64,000 nt of DNA from an uncultured Lachnospiraceae bacterium (GTDB taxonomy: Bacteria; Bacillota; Clostridia; Lachnospirales; Lachnospiraceae), in NCBI GenBank assembly GCA_910580195.1, contig CAJTWA010000018.1, positions 2,144 through 66,143 on the forward strand, in the 5' to 3' direction. Under the pieces are notes generated by a model that had not been told where the DNA came from, made no database searches, and saw only the letters and a program-made list of their open reading frames with translations. Shown here one piece after another: positions 49,322 through 59,782 of the stretch (the first letter of the stretch is position 1; each line of letters starts with the position of its first letter). The position numbers were made by a program, and so were the translations under genes.

Positions 49322-49657
49322 TTATTGCCGGATATAATACGGAATCACCAAGAACTTCCCGGCATGGATTTCATCGCCCCGAAGCCCGTTCAACGACTTG
49401 ATCTCCTTCATGTACTCTTGGATGCTGCCATATTCTTCTGTCATATGTTCTGAAGCAATGCTCCATAGGCTGTCCCCAGACTGTATCTCAATGCTGGTGA
49501 AAGACTTATAGCCTTGCCCTTCTCCTGCTTTCTGGCGCCTTGGCTGGAAAAACACAGCCCAGGATGCCATGCAGATAATAAGGATGCTGATTGCCAAGAT
49601 GAAATATGCCTTATATTGGTAAACCTTCCTAATCCATCCCACATTTTGCAATTTCAT
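49322..49657 (-). CDS. TM plus LysM protein, YneA-like SOS division inhibitor candidate
   Basis: TM segment, GDSLWSIA...LNGL...LVIP; divergent from lexA. Confidence 0.8.
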   Translation of the reverse strand: MKLQNVGWIRKVYQYKAYFILAISILIICMASWAVFFQPRRQKAGEGQGYKSFTSIEIQSGDSLWSIASEHMTEEYGSIQEYMKEIKSLNGLRGDEIHAGKFLVIPYYIRQ

Positions 49658-49676
49658 AATTCCTTCCTCCTTTTCC

Positions 49677-49798
49677 GAACAGGTTTTCCGAACATTCGTT
49701 TAAAAAGAGTATATAGGAAGAACATATATTTGTCAAGTAAATTTGCGAACAAATTTTCGGAATATTTGTTTGCATTTTTCCTAAAAGTGTGTTATGAT
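49677..49798. promoter_or_regulatory. Cluster of Cheo-box-like LexA sites and the lexA SigA promoter
   Basis: GAAC-N4-GTTC variants at 49677, 49690, 49720, 49747, 49760; TTGCAT (49770), 17 bp, TATGAT (49793). Confidence 0.72.
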
Positions 49799-49884
49799 AG
49801 GTATATGCAGAACAACCCTATCCAAGCACTGCATCAAAGGATGCCGAACATGGGGCTTGGTAGGCAATTTTAGGAGGTATCGTT

Positions 49885-50502
49885 ATGGCATATGGAAAGA
49901 TCAGTGATAAACAGAAAGAAATTTTAGAATATATCAAAAGTGAAATCTTAAACCGCGGGTATCCGCCAGCAGTGCGGGACATCTGTGAGGCAGTCCATCT
50001 TAAGTCCACTTCTTCCGTACATTCCCATCTGGAAACTTTGGAGAAGAATGGGTATATCCGCAGGGACCCTACGAAGCCAAGGGCAATTGAGATTATTGAC
50101 GACACCTTTAACTTGGTACGGCGCGAGGTGGTAAATGTCCCCCTCCTTGGGCGTGTGGCTGCTGGGCAGCCATTGCTGGCAGTAGAGAATATTGAAACGT
50201 ATTTTCCGGTCCCATCCGAATATATACCGAACGAGGAAACTTTTATGCTCCGGGTTACAGGGGATAGTATGGTAAATGCAGGGATTTTTGATGGGGATAA
50301 TATTTTAGTCCAGCGCCAGTCTACGGCGGAAGATGGGGAAATGGTTGTCGCCTTAGTGGACGATTCCGCAACTGTAAAAACATTTTATAAGGAAGATGGG
50401 CATTACCGCCTACAGCCGGAAAACCCAGCGATGGCTCCGATCATTGTGGATGACTGCACCATTTTAGGGAAAGTTTTTGGCGTATTCCGCTTTTATAAAT
50501 AA
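49885..50502 (+). CDS. lexA: SOS repressor LexA
   Basis: GYPPAVRDI, VAAG cleavage site, GDSM serine, TVK lysine. Confidence 0.97.
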   Translation: MAYGKISDKQKEILEYIKSEILNRGYPPAVRDICEAVHLKSTSSVHSHLETLEKNGYIRRDPTKPRAIEIIDDTFNLVRREVVNVPLLGRVAAGQPLLAVENIETYFPVPSEYIPNEETFMLRVTGDSMVNAGIFDGDNILVQRQSTAEDGEMVVALVDDSATVKTFYKEDGHYRLQPENPAMAPIIVDDCTILGKVFGVFRFYK

Positions 50503-50541
50503 CCAACGCATAGGCAGCGATTAAGGTATTTTTGGGTAGCC

Positions 50542-50585
50542 AAAAGGCTGCCGCAGGATGTATCATGAGCGGCAGCCTAGTTTTT
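50542..50585. terminator. Bidirectional terminator between lexA and rsfS
   Basis: AAAAGGCTGCCGC...GCGGCAGCCTAGTTTTT. Confidence 0.7.
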
Positions 50586-50619
50586 GTACTATTTTTGCAT
50601 GGCGTTAGGACCATAGCTT

Positions 50620-50970
50620 TTACAGTTCTTCCACAGGGATTTTTTTGCCATCCGTCCAAATCCGCTCTAAATCATAGAACAGGCGGTCTTCCTTTGAAAA
50701 AAGATGTACAATGATATCCCTGTAATCCATAAGGACCCAACTGGAGTTGCGGTTTCCTTCAATTTGCTTTACGGAATGGCCATTTTTGCCCAACTCCTCT
50801 TCCACTGCATCTACCATTGCTTGGATTTGGTTGGTATTCGTCCCAGTTGCAATTACAAAGTAATCTGCAAGAGGTGAAATTTCACTGATATCAATGATGC
50901 GGATTTCTTCTGCCTTTTTATCGCTTAATGCATGGCAGGCAGCCTTTGCCATTTCACGGGAAATATCCAT
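50620..50970 (-). CDS. rsfS: Ribosome silencing factor
   Basis: DKKAEEI, DYFVIATG, WVLMDY, FYDLERIW. Confidence 0.95.
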   Translation of the reverse strand: MDISREMAKAACHALSDKKAEEIRIIDISEISPLADYFVIATGTNTNQIQAMVDAVEEELGKNGHSVKQIEGNRNSSWVLMDYRDIIVHLFSKEDRLFYDLERIWTDGKKIPVEEL

Positions 50971-51067
50971 ATAATCATTCCTTTCATTTTGTCCTAAATA
51001 CGATTGGGATGGATGCTCCTCCGAGGAACTGCTAACATCCACAGCAGACGTCTATATCTCCTCTTAA

Positions 51068-51646
51068 TTAAAGCTTGGCAGCAGTTTCCCGGAAATATTG
51101 GTATGTTTCCAAAGTAAGCGGGTCAACTTCCCCGCCTTTCCGTTCCAGATAATTTAAGGTGTCAGACAAAATTTTCAGCATAGCTTTGTCTAGGCCTTCA
51201 AAAGCTAATTTCCGGACTTCTGCCAAATTTGGGGCTTTGCTCCGGTTTGGTTCCACATAATCTGCGATGTAAATGATTTTATCCAATGTGTTCATCCCCG
51301 GCGCCCCGGTGGTATGCACCTGTATGGCATGGAGGATTTCCCTGTCTTCCACGCCATAGCGTTTTCTTGCAAAGTAAGCGCCTAACTTTGCATGGAGCAG
51401 GAAGGGGCTTTTTTCCTCAGAAGCTGAAATAGGAATTTTATGTTTCTTGCATATTTTTATCTTTTCATGGTTGGAAAGGCATTTTGCACAGTCGTGCAGC
51501 AAGCCTGCATACATGGCCTGTTCCATGTCGGCCTGATGTGCCATGGCTAATGCCGCAGCGGTATACATGACGCCAAGGGTATGGGCGTACCGCTCCTTAT
51601 CCAGTTCCTTTTTCAGCTTTTTTTCTATCTCTTCCCGTTTCATCAT
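51068..51646 (-). CDS. yqeK: HD-domain Ap4A hydrolase YqeK
   Basis: RYAHTLGV, LLHDCAK, HTTG, ADYVEPNR. Confidence 0.92.
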   Translation of the reverse strand: MMKREEIEKKLKKELDKERYAHTLGVMYTAAALAMAHQADMEQAMYAGLLHDCAKCLSNHEKIKICKKHKIPISASEEKSPFLLHAKLGAYFARKRYGVEDREILHAIQVHTTGAPGMNTLDKIIYIADYVEPNRSKAPNLAEVRKLAFEGLDKAMLKILSDTLNYLERKGGEVDPLTLETYQYFRETAAKL

Positions 51647-52259
51647 CCAATCCATCTCCTTCATATAAATGGTTCGCCCTGATATATGCTTCTACTGCTT
51701 CGGGAACAAGGTACCGTATGGTCCTCCCATAATGCAGGCGGTTCCGGATATCCTGTGAGGAAACTTCTAGGTTTGGCGTGTCTAATGGAAAGAATTTTTC
51801 CTGATATTTTTGGTTCAGGTAATCTATCTGCTGGAAAAACTTTTCCTGATGCTGATGTTTCCGGTGTGCCGCCAAAACATTGCAGTTTTCCAATATTGCT
51901 GCCGGTTCCTTCCATCCTTCAAAGTCAAATAGGGAATCTGCCCCTAGGATAAAAAATAATTCTGCACCGGGATTTCGCTCCTTCAGTTTCCCTAACGTCA
52001 GATAGGTATAGCTGGTATCTTTGGTATCCACTTCCGTCTGGTCCATGGAAAAGGCAGGGTTCCCTGCAATTGCCAAAGAAACCATCTGGCAGCGGTGGAA
52101 AGATGCAGTAACGTCCTGCACCTGCTTGTGGGGAGAATGGCCGGTAGGGAGGAACAGCACTTTTTCAAGGCCGAACTGCTCCCTTGCATTCTCCGCAATC
52201 ATTAGATGCCCGTAATGGATGGGGTCGAACGTCCCTCCCATAATGCCGATTTTTTGCAT
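51597..52259 (-). CDS. nadD: Nicotinate-nucleotide adenylyltransferase
   Basis: GGTFDPIHYGHL, SYT, ILGAD, SSQDIR. Confidence 0.95.
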   Translation of the reverse strand: MQKIGIMGGTFDPIHYGHLMIAENAREQFGLEKVLFLPTGHSPHKQVQDVTASFHRCQMVSLAIAGNPAFSMDQTEVDTKDTSYTYLTLGKLKERNPGAELFFILGADSLFDFEGWKEPAAILENCNVLAAHRKHQHQEKFFQQIDYLNQKYQEKFFPLDTPNLEVSSQDIRNRLHYGRTIRYLVPEAVEAYIRANHLYEGDGLDDETGRDRKKAEKGTG

Positions 52260-52292
52260 GATACATTGCTCCATAAGACTCCCTTGCCTTGC

Positions 52293-52589
52293 TTACCTCG
52301 GAAGTTTGATTTTGGGATTTTTTTTGGAAGGCCGGTACAGCACAATTTTCTTCCCGATGACTTGGACTACCCCGGACCTTGTGCGCCCAGCCATTGTGTC
52401 AGCAATTTCGTTGGGATCGTCAAAGCAGTTTTTTAATACCGAAAGCTTGACTAATTCCCTTTTTTCCAGCGCTTCGTCTACTGAATTTATCAATTCTGGG
52501 GTAAGGCTTGCCTTCCCCACCTGAAAAATTGGGTCTATGCCGTTGGCAAGGCTTTTTAAATAGGCGCGCTGTTTACTTGTAATTTCCAT
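52293..52589 (-). CDS. yhbY: CRM-domain RNA-binding protein YhbY
   Basis: KQRAYLKSLA, ELVK, VQVIG..VLYR. Confidence 0.93.
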   Translation of the reverse strand: MEITSKQRAYLKSLANGIDPIFQVGKASLTPELINSVDEALEKRELVKLSVLKNCFDDPNEIADTMAGRTRSGVVQVIGKKIVLYRPSKKNPKIKLPR

Positions 52590-52645
52590 ATATAATTCCT
52601 TTCTAAACGTGAATGTGGGGACAGCCCATTGTTCCTCCGAAATCT

Positions 52646-53932
52646 TTATTTATAGTAGTCAAATTCGTGGCCGTACATCCGCACGGTATCCCCTTCTGAA
52701 ATGCCTGCTTTCTCCAATTCTTCCAGAATTCCCTGCTCCCGGAGGAATTTTTGGAAAAACAGGAACCCTTTTTCGGAATCAATGTTGGTGTACCCAAGCA
52801 TTTTTTCGATTTTTGGCCCTTCTGCTACGTAAACATTGTCTTTTTCGTTGTATTCTACGGTAAAGGAGCTGCTCTTGAATTCTTTCATTTCCGGGTAAAA
52901 TTCCTGCTCATAGACAATGGGGGTATTGTCCAATTCGGATAAGAGGCCATTGACGTAATAGAGCAGTTCCTTCAGGCCTTGCCCGCTTACGGCGGATATG
53001 GGGAATACTTTGGTTCCTTTGGGTTCAAATTCTGCCTTCAAAATAGGGAGGGCGCTCTCTTCCTCGTTATAGATAGCATCAATTTTATTTGCTGCAATGA
53101 CCTGCGGCTTCTCCAGCAATTTGGGGTTGAAATTTTCCAGCTCCTGATTGATGGCATAAATATCTGCAATGGGATCCCTGCCTTCTACTGAAGCAGCGTC
53201 TACAATGTGTATCATGACCCTTGTGCGCTCAATATGCTTTAAAAATGCGTGGCCTAGCCCCACGCCCTCCGACGCCCCTTCAATCAGCCCCGGGATATCA
53301 GCAATAACAAAGCCATTTGTCCCATCCAAATCCACAACCCCTAAGTTCGGGTTCAAGGTAGTAAAATGGTAATTTGCTATCTTTGGCTGGGCGTTTGTTA
53401 CCCTAGACAGCAGCGTGGACTTCCCAACATTTGGGAACCCTACGAGGCCTACGTCCGCAATTACCTTCAGTTCCAAACGGACCTCCAGCTCAATGCCCGG
53501 CTGCCCCGGCTGCGCATACTTCGGGGCCTGCATGGTTGCAGTTGCAAAATGCTGGTTGCCAAGGCCGCCCCTTCCGCCTTTGAGGATAATCTGGCTCCGG
53601 TTCCCCCCGGACATATCGGCTATGACTTTATCGCTCTCGGCATCCCGGATGATTGTCCCGGCTGGGACTTTTACAACTAAGTCTTCCCCATTCCTGCCAT
53701 GGCAGTTGCGCTTCCTTCCGTCTTCCCCGTTCCCGGCAGCATATTTCCGGTTATGCCTGAAATCGTTTAAGGTATTCAGCCCGTCGTCCACCTGAAAAAT
53801 TAAGTTTCCGCCATGGCCGCCGTCCCCGCCGTCCGGGCCTCCGCTGGGCACATATTTTTCACGGCGGAAAGAAACATGGCCGTCCCCGCCTTTTCCTGAT
53901 TTTATAATAATTTTCACACTGTCTGCAAACAT
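52646..53932 (-). CDS. obgE: GTPase ObgE
   Basis: FRREKY, GPDGGDGG, GFPNVGKS, DIPG, NKID. Confidence 0.97.
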   Translation of the reverse strand: MFADSVKIIIKSGKGGDGHVSFRREKYVPSGGPDGGDGGHGGNLIFQVDDGLNTLNDFRHNRKYAAGNGEDGRKRNCHGRNGEDLVVKVPAGTIIRDAESDKVIADMSGGNRSQIILKGGRGGLGNQHFATATMQAPKYAQPGQPGIELEVRLELKVIADVGLVGFPNVGKSTLLSRVTNAQPKIANYHFTTLNPNLGVVDLDGTNGFVIADIPGLIEGASEGVGLGHAFLKHIERTRVMIHIVDAASVEGRDPIADIYAINQELENFNPKLLEKPQVIAANKIDAIYNEEESALPILKAEFEPKGTKVFPISAVSGQGLKELLYYVNGLLSELDNTPIVYEQEFYPEMKEFKSSSFTVEYNEKDNVYVAEGPKIEKMLGYTNIDSEKGFLFFQKFLREQGILEELEKAGISEGDTVRMYGHEFDYYK

Positions 53933-53950
53933 GTTCCCTCCTGCATGATG

Positions 53951-53985
53951 AAAAGAATAGACCCAACTATACAGTCGGGTCTATC
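53951..53985 (-). terminator. Intrinsic terminator after rpmA
   Basis: Minus strand ATAGACCCGACT-GTAT-AGTTGGGTCTAT followed by TCTTTT. Confidence 0.7.
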
Positions 53986-54029
53986 CATCCAATCCTGTGA
54001 AATGAAGCTATCCCAAATGGGGCGCAAGC

Positions 54030-54320
54030 TTATTCATTGCTTGCTACTGGGTATACGGAAGCCTGTTTCCTGCTTCTTCCTTTCCTCTCAAATCTCAGGA
54101 TGCCGTCAACTTTCGCGAACAATGTGTCATCTCCGCCCCTGCCAACATTCACGCCTGGGTGAATCTTGGTCCCGCGCTGGCGGTATAAAATATTCCCAGC
54201 CTTCACAAACTGTCCGTCGGCACGCTTTGCGCCTAACCGTTTGGATTCGGAATCCCTTCCGTTCTTGGTAGATCCAACTCCCTTTTTATGGGCAAAAAAT
54301 TGAAGGTTCATATTCAACAT
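54030..54320 (-). CDS. rpmA: 50S ribosomal protein L27 with Prp-cleaved N-terminal extension
   Basis: [24 protein letters not shown]. Confidence 0.97.
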   Translation of the reverse strand: MLNMNLQFFAHKKGVGSTKNGRDSESKRLGAKRADGQFVKAGNILYRQRGTKIHPGVNVGRGGDDTLFAKVDGILRFERKGRSRKQASVYPVASNE

Positions 54321-54323
54321 GTC

Positions 54324-54653
54324 CTACACCTCCTCAAATGTAAGCCTAATGTATTCAGTTCCGTAACTTTTCTGTATTCCCTGTAAGCCTAAAACCAGCG
54401 AACGTATCAGCAAAAGGGACTCTTTTGAATACCCTTCCTGCAAGGAAAAGCCAATCAGGCCGCTGTCCGGGTCAGTTTCTATGTCAAACCTGTCCGAAAC
54501 AAGCGTTTCTATGGAATTGATGGTATTGATAACCAGCACAGAAACTGCGGCGCATACGATATCCTCCCCTGCCGGGGCATATCCCGTATGCCCAAGGCAC
54601 CGGAACGCCGTATATTCTTGTCCACTGTTTTTATAAACCGTTATAGTAACCAT
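54324..54653 (-). CDS. prp: Ribosomal-processing cysteine protease Prp
   Basis: GH...DIVCAAVS; between rplU and rpmA. Confidence 0.93.
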   Translation of the reverse strand: MVTITVYKNSGQEYTAFRCLGHTGYAPAGEDIVCAAVSVLVINTINSIETLVSDRFDIETDPDSGLIGFSLQEGYSKESLLLIRSLVLGLQGIQKSYGTEYIRLTFEEV

Positions 54654-54668
54654 AACAATCCCTATCGA

Positions 54669-54974
54669 TTAGCCATTAATTTTTTCGATTTTTACCTTGG
54701 TAAAGGACTGCCTGTGTCCCTGCTTCTTGTGGTAGCCGGTTTTCCTCTTGTACTTGTAAACGATGACTTTCTTGCCCCTGCCGTTGTCTACGACGGAAGC
54801 TTCTACGGTTGCATTGGCTGCGTCTTCCCCAACCTTCAGGGAACCGTCATTCACTGCTAACACTTCATCAAAAGTAACCTTTTCCCCAGCTTCTAACCCA
54901 AGTTTTTCAATGGTAATGATATCGCCTTCGGATACTTTGTACTGTTTACCACCTGTTGCTATAATTGCGTACAT
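54669..54974 (-). CDS. rplU: 50S ribosomal protein L21
   Basis: [18 protein letters not shown]. Confidence 0.97.
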   Translation of the reverse strand: MYAIIATGGKQYKVSEGDIITIEKLGLEAGEKVTFDEVLAVNDGSLKVGEDAANATVEASVVDNGRGKKVIVYKYKRKTGYHKKQGHRQSFTKVKIEKING

Positions 54975-54984
54975 ATGGCACACC

Positions 54985-55058
54985 TCCTATTATCATTACT
55001 CGCCAGCTGCGGTGCTGCAGATTGCAGGCTTAAAACCTCACTGTGCGGCATACTCATA
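54985..55058 (-). promoter_or_regulatory. Possible L21 leader RNA
   Basis: Structured 5' UTR (GCCGCAC...GAGG/CCT...GCTGGCGAGT) directly before the rplU RBS; matched from memory, not by covariance model. Confidence 0.5.
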
Positions 55059-55084
55059 GAGAATAGCACAAAAATGCCGGCAAG

Positions 55085-56278
55085 TCAATGGTTTTTCCAC
55101 TGTTCGGCCAAAGATTTTTTCACTTTTTTCCGTGTCATTTCCACTAAATTCAATTTCGTTATGTCCAGCACTTGGACTGGCACGGGATCCCCAGCCACTG
55201 CGCTGCGCAGCTTCTGCATCAGCAGCCCTTGGGATTTTGCAGATTTCATGTCAATAAAATCCACAATGATAATGCCGGAGATATTCCGCAGGCGGAGCTG
55301 GCAGGCAATCTCCTCTGCTGCCTCCAGATTGATGGTAAGATAGTGCTCCTGCACCTGCTTTTTGGCAATGCTTTTTCCGGTATTCACGTCAATGACAGTC
55401 AACGCTTCGGTAGGCTGGATGATGAGGTACCCGCCGGATTTTAACCAGACACGTTCCTGAAGGGCTTCCTGCAAGCGGCGCTCTAAGCGGTAAAGGCTGC
55501 TTAAGCTTACCATGGGGTCATCATATAAGGTAAGTTTACCCAAGTCCTCTGGCTGGTACTGGTCCAAATAACTATGGATGCCCTCAAAAAGCTCCGGGGA
55601 GTCCGTCAGGATGGCGGAAAGCTGGGACTGGTTCACGTCCTTTAGCACATGAAGGTATTCCGGCATGCTTTCCTTCAGGCAGGAAAATACGGTACGGTGG
55701 GGCGCAGTTTCCCGGAGATGGAAATATTCCTGCTTAAGCATTTTATATTCCTCCAAGATTTCCTCTTTTGGGGCGTCCGCTGCGTTTGTGCGCACAATGA
55801 GCCCAAATTCCCCGCCTTCCTCAAAGCCTAACGCCTGCTTTAATTCTTCCCGTGTGTGGAACCCCAATTTTTTGGAAATCCCAATTTTTGTATTTTCGCT
55901 GGTTAATACCAGATATTTCCCGCTTATGTTCAGGTTCGTCGTCACCTTCGGAGGCTTGGACTTGCTGCTCTCCTGCGCAACCTGCACCACCAGCTCGTCC
56001 CCTTGGATCAGCCTTGGGCTGTTGATTTTTTTCACAAACAGGGGCTGTTTCATTTCATCCAGCGGATAGTAGCAAGGCACGCCCGGGGCAATCTCAATAA
56101 AGGCGGCGTTTAGGTTTTTTACGATATTTTTCACCCGCCCAACGTATATGTTCCCAAGGATGCCCTGCTTGCCTTCCAGTTCTAAATTGATTTCAAGGAG
56201 GCGTTTTTCAGAATAAAGGGCGGATGCAATATAGGTATTGCCCTTTTGGTTTAACTTTGTAATCAGCAGCTTATTCAC
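55085..56278 (-). CDS. Rne/Rng-family ribonuclease
   Basis: GNIYVGRV S1 domain, GLIVRT, VIDVNTG, RLRNISGIIIVDFID. Confidence 0.93.
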   Translation of the reverse strand: MNKLLITKLNQKGNTYIASALYSEKRLLEINLELEGKQGILGNIYVGRVKNIVKNLNAAFIEIAPGVPCYYPLDEMKQPLFVKKINSPRLIQGDELVVQVAQESSKSKPPKVTTNLNISGKYLVLTSENTKIGISKKLGFHTREELKQALGFEEGGEFGLIVRTNAADAPKEEILEEYKMLKQEYFHLRETAPHRTVFSCLKESMPEYLHVLKDVNQSQLSAILTDSPELFEGIHSYLDQYQPEDLGKLTLYDDPMVSLSSLYRLERRLQEALQERVWLKSGGYLIIQPTEALTVIDVNTGKSIAKKQVQEHYLTINLEAAEEIACQLRLRNISGIIIVDFIDMKSAKSQGLLMQKLRSAVAGDPVPVQVLDITKLNLVEMTRKKVKKSLAEQWKNH

Positions 56279-56324
56279 GGAATGTCCCCTTTCATCAATA
56301 AGCGTAATAAATGCCATGGCAGAA

Positions 56325-57140
56325 CTATGGGATGTCTTCCCCCAATGCCCCTAACGGCAGGAATTCCGGGAACTCTTTCCCTTGCTTTTCATAAGAGCCC
56401 TTTAACCGGCTTAAGTAATCCCGGTATGCCTGCTGCTCTTTTTCCCCTTTTACGGGGATTTCATCCGATTTTGCATAGACTTCAAGCCGGTGGGTTTGGA
56501 ACTGGAATGGCTGGTACGTTAGGCCGCAAAATTGGCAGAACGTTTCCAGCGCAAGCTCTGGCTTTATGTTATTGCTACTCCCGGTGCAAAGCCTTAAAAA
56601 TAAGGCATACGCCCCATGTTCCAAGCCTACAGCCTCCATCCCATAGATGAACTGCTTTAAGTCCAGTTCCATTTGGCTCTTCTTTGCCTGTTTTGTGATA
56701 AGGATTTGGGGCTGGCCAATAAAAAATTCTTCCACTTTTCTTTGGAGCTCTTCCTGTGAAGAAAAGAACGTCCCATATTCCGGCTTCATGGAAACATGGT
56801 AATCCGCGGCAGCCACCAGCGACATGGAAGTCTTGGCAGTATCGGGAAGTTTTTTGTATTCTAAAATTGTAACCCCTTCCGCCATGGCGGAATTTAAGGC
56901 GTCTATGGATGCCCGGCTGGATCTGGTGGAGTTGACGGAAATGTCAAAATATTCCCCGCTGCTGGTAATGCCTACCCCCAAAGGGGCGGCAAAGGACATA
57001 ATCTGGTGGGGGCTGTACCCGCCAGAATAGGCAATGTCAATCCCGGCCCGCCGGATGGCTTTCTGGAAATACCGCATCATGTCAAGATGCCCGATAAACT
57101 TCATCACGCCGTATTTCCCAAATTTAATTCTGATGTTCAA
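56325..57140 (-). CDS. Radical SAM-linked protein (DUF2344-like)
   Basis: FIGHLD, YSGGYSPH, PLGVG..S.GEY; overlaps the radical SAM gene. Confidence 0.85.
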   Translation of the reverse strand: MNIRIKFGKYGVMKFIGHLDMMRYFQKAIRRAGIDIAYSGGYSPHQIMSFAAPLGVGITSSGEYFDISVNSTRSSRASIDALNSAMAEGVTILEYKKLPDTAKTSMSLVAAADYHVSMKPEYGTFFSSQEELQRKVEEFFIGQPQILITKQAKKSQMELDLKQFIYGMEAVGLEHGAYALFLRLCTGSSNNIKPELALETFCQFCGLTYQPFQFQTHRLEVYAKSDEIPVKGEKEQQAYRDYLSRLKGSYEKQGKEFPEFLPLGALGEDIP

Positions 57141-58986
57141 GACAGACACCCCCTTGGTAGGAAGCTGCCCCGCAGCCGTTGCATGCTTCCTTGCAGTTTA
57201 AGGTTACTTGGCCGTTCTGCGCCCGCTCCCATTCCCGCTTTAAAAATTCTTTTGTTACGCCGCAGCGGATAAAGTCCCAGGGCAGGATTTCATCCAAATC
57301 CCTTTGGCGCAGGTTATAAAAATCAATGGAAACGCCTGTTTCCTGAAAGGCTTCCATCCATTTCTGGTTGTCAAAACATTCCGTCCAAGCGTCAAACATG
57401 CAGCCTTTTTCGTATGCCTTCTGCAAAACCTGCCCAACCCTCCGGTCGCCCCTTGCAAAGACGCCTTCCAATACCGTAACGTCAGCTTCATGCCAGTTGT
57501 ACTTTAAGCTCTTGCGGTTTAACTGGGCCTTCATTTCCTCATTGACAACCTTTGCCCTTGCCAGATAGCCTTCCTTCGGGCACATAGGAGCCCACTGGAG
57601 AGGGGTAAAGGGCTTTGGCACAAAAAAGGAAGTGCTGATGGTAATCTGGCATTTCCCATTCCGCTTGTCCTTAGGGATTTCGTAATACCTGCGGGCAATT
57701 TTATCCGCAAGCCTAGGGATTTCCCTCATATCTTCTTCCGTTTCCGTAGGCAGGCCCAGCATGAAATACAGCTTTACCTTCTGCCAGCCCCCTTCGAAAG
57801 CCAGCCCCGCACCATGGAGGATTACCTCTTCCGTCAGCCCTTTGTTAATCACGTCCCGCAGGCGCTGGGACCCTGCTTCTGGTGCAAATGTCAGGCTGCT
57901 CTTCCGGACATCCTGCACTTTCCCCATGGCTTCTAGGGAAAAGGCGTCAATCCGCAGGGAAGGCAAAGAAATATTGACTCCCTGCCCTTTCGATTCCATG
58001 AGGAAATCGACAAGTTCCGGTAAATGGCTGTAGTCGCTGGAGCTTAAAGAGCTTAAGGAAATTTCCTCATGCCCGGTGTTTTCCAGCATTTCCTGTGCGT
58101 ATTGCTTTAATACGCTAAGTTCCCGTTCCCTTGTGGGGCGGTATACCATCCCGGCTTGGCAGAACCGGCAGCCACGGATGCACCCCCGCTGGATTTCCAG
58201 CACTACCCGGTCTTGGGTTACTTTAATATAAGGGACCAGCGGCTTTTCTGGGTAAGGGGCACGGCTTAGATCCATTTCCGCTTCTTTTTCCACCGTTGCC
58301 GGGACATCTTCATATTTCGGCTGGAAACTGGCGATTGTCCCATCTTCCTGATAAGTGGCTTCATACAGGGACGGCACATAAATGCCGGGCAGCTTACAGG
58401 CCGCCCGCAGGAACTCCTGCCTTGTCCCGCCCTGTTCCCGGAGGGATTTGTAAAGATCCAGCAATTCATCATAGCGCGTTTCCCCTTCGCCAATGTAAAA
58501 CAAGTCAAAAAAGTCCGCCAAGGGCTCTGGGTTGTAGGTGCACGGCCCGCCGCCAATGACAATGGGGCACCCTTCCCCCCGCTGGCTGGACAAAAGGGGA
58601 ATCTGGCTTAAATCTAAGACCTGTAAAATATTCGTATAACACATTTCATATTGTATGGTAATCCCAAGGAAATCCATGTCCTTGACTGGGGACTGGGTTT
58701 CTAGCGTAAACAGCGGGATTTGCCGTTCTTTCATGATTTTATGCAAATCGCCCCAAGGGGAATAAACGCGTTCGCAGTAGACGTCCTCCCGTTGGTTGAA
58801 CATGCTGTAAAGAATCTGGATGCCAAGATGCGACATGCCGATTTCATATACATCTGGGAAACACATGGCAAAACGGACCGCCACTGTGCTTGGGTCCTTT
58901 TTTACCATATTAATTTCATTTCCAATGTATCTGGCTGGCTTGTCGATACTCAGCAGTATTTCATCGGGTAAAGCTAATGTATTCAT
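57124..58986 (-). CDS. B12-binding-type radical SAM protein
   Basis: FPDVYEIGMSHLG, RGCIRGCRFC, APEAGSQRLR, C-terminal CxxCG. Confidence 0.9.
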   Translation of the reverse strand: MNTLALPDEILLSIDKPARYIGNEINMVKKDPSTVAVRFAMCFPDVYEIGMSHLGIQILYSMFNQREDVYCERVYSPWGDLHKIMKERQIPLFTLETQSPVKDMDFLGITIQYEMCYTNILQVLDLSQIPLLSSQRGEGCPIVIGGGPCTYNPEPLADFFDLFYIGEGETRYDELLDLYKSLREQGGTRQEFLRAACKLPGIYVPSLYEATYQEDGTIASFQPKYEDVPATVEKEAEMDLSRAPYPEKPLVPYIKVTQDRVVLEIQRGCIRGCRFCQAGMVYRPTRERELSVLKQYAQEMLENTGHEEISLSSLSSSDYSHLPELVDFLMESKGQGVNISLPSLRIDAFSLEAMGKVQDVRKSSLTFAPEAGSQRLRDVINKGLTEEVILHGAGLAFEGGWQKVKLYFMLGLPTETEEDMREIPRLADKIARRYYEIPKDKRNGKCQITISTSFFVPKPFTPLQWAPMCPKEGYLARAKVVNEEMKAQLNRKSLKYNWHEADVTVLEGVFARGDRRVGQVLQKAYEKGCMFDAWTECFDNQKWMEAFQETGVSIDFYNLRQRDLDEILPWDFIRCGVTKEFLKREWERAQNGQVTLNCKEACNGCGAASYQGGVCLEHQN

Positions 58987-59180
58987 CGTTTTCCTTTCCG
59001 TCTGCGGTACATGGAATTTCTGTAATTGCCCAGATTATTATAGCAATACATGGCCTTTTTCGCAACCGTAAACTCCCGTTCTAGGAAAAGTTAAGATACA
59101 CTGGCTATTTCCACAATGTCCATCCTTAGGTTTCTGGAAAAACCTTCGCATGATACAATTACAGTTCTTCTCGCCATGCC

Positions 59181-59531
59181 CTAATGTTTGCTGGATTTTA
59201 AGGAAATCTTTATGGTTTCCTCCAGTTCTTCTAAGGGCAGCGGGTTCCATTCAATCTGTTTCCACACATCTGCAGCCTGGTACTCGTGGAAGGTAATCTG
59301 CTTTTTGTCACAGTACACAAAAGCTGCAAAAATGAAACACGCAACCAAGGTGCGTATGCCAAGGCTGGAATATTTCGGTTCCCCTTCCTGCCCTTGGGGA
59401 ACTGCGCGGCTGCGCTGGAAGGGCTCTTTCCCAGCTTTCGCCCCTTCTGGGCCCTCTGGGTAAAAAGTTGCGCGGATTTGGTCCACATACGCCCTGCGCT
59501 GGGCAACAGTTTCTTCGATCTGTCTTGCCAT
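59181..59531 (-). CDS. Hypothetical single-TM protein
   Basis: AGGAG RBS, one hydrophobic segment. Confidence 0.7.
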   Translation of the reverse strand: MARQIEETVAQRRAYVDQIRATFYPEGPEGAKAGKEPFQRSRAVPQGQEGEPKYSSLGIRTLVACFIFAAFVYCDKKQITFHEYQAADVWKQIEWNPLPLEELEETIKISLKSSKH

Positions 59532-59701
59532 AGCTTCTCCTGAAAAATCATTTCCTTATTATATTTTAGTAGGGTTGGGACAGGAAAATTCATAGTTTGG
59601 ATAAGTTTTTACAGGTATGTGAAACAGAAGTGTATTTTACGGATAAAATTTGCACATGCTATCATGCCAATAGGCAAGAAGAAAAATAATTCCATATGGG
59701 C

Positions 59702-59760
59702 AAAAAAGAAGAATCCCCAAACTGTATTGCCGTACAGCCTAAAGATTCTTTTTTCTTTTA
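59702..59760. terminator. Degenerate bidirectional terminator-like hairpin
   Basis: AAAAGAAGAATC...CTGTA-TTGCCG-TACAG...GATTCTTTTTTCTTTT. Confidence 0.55.
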
Positions 59761-59782
59761 GATGGGCAAAGCAGCCAGCAGG

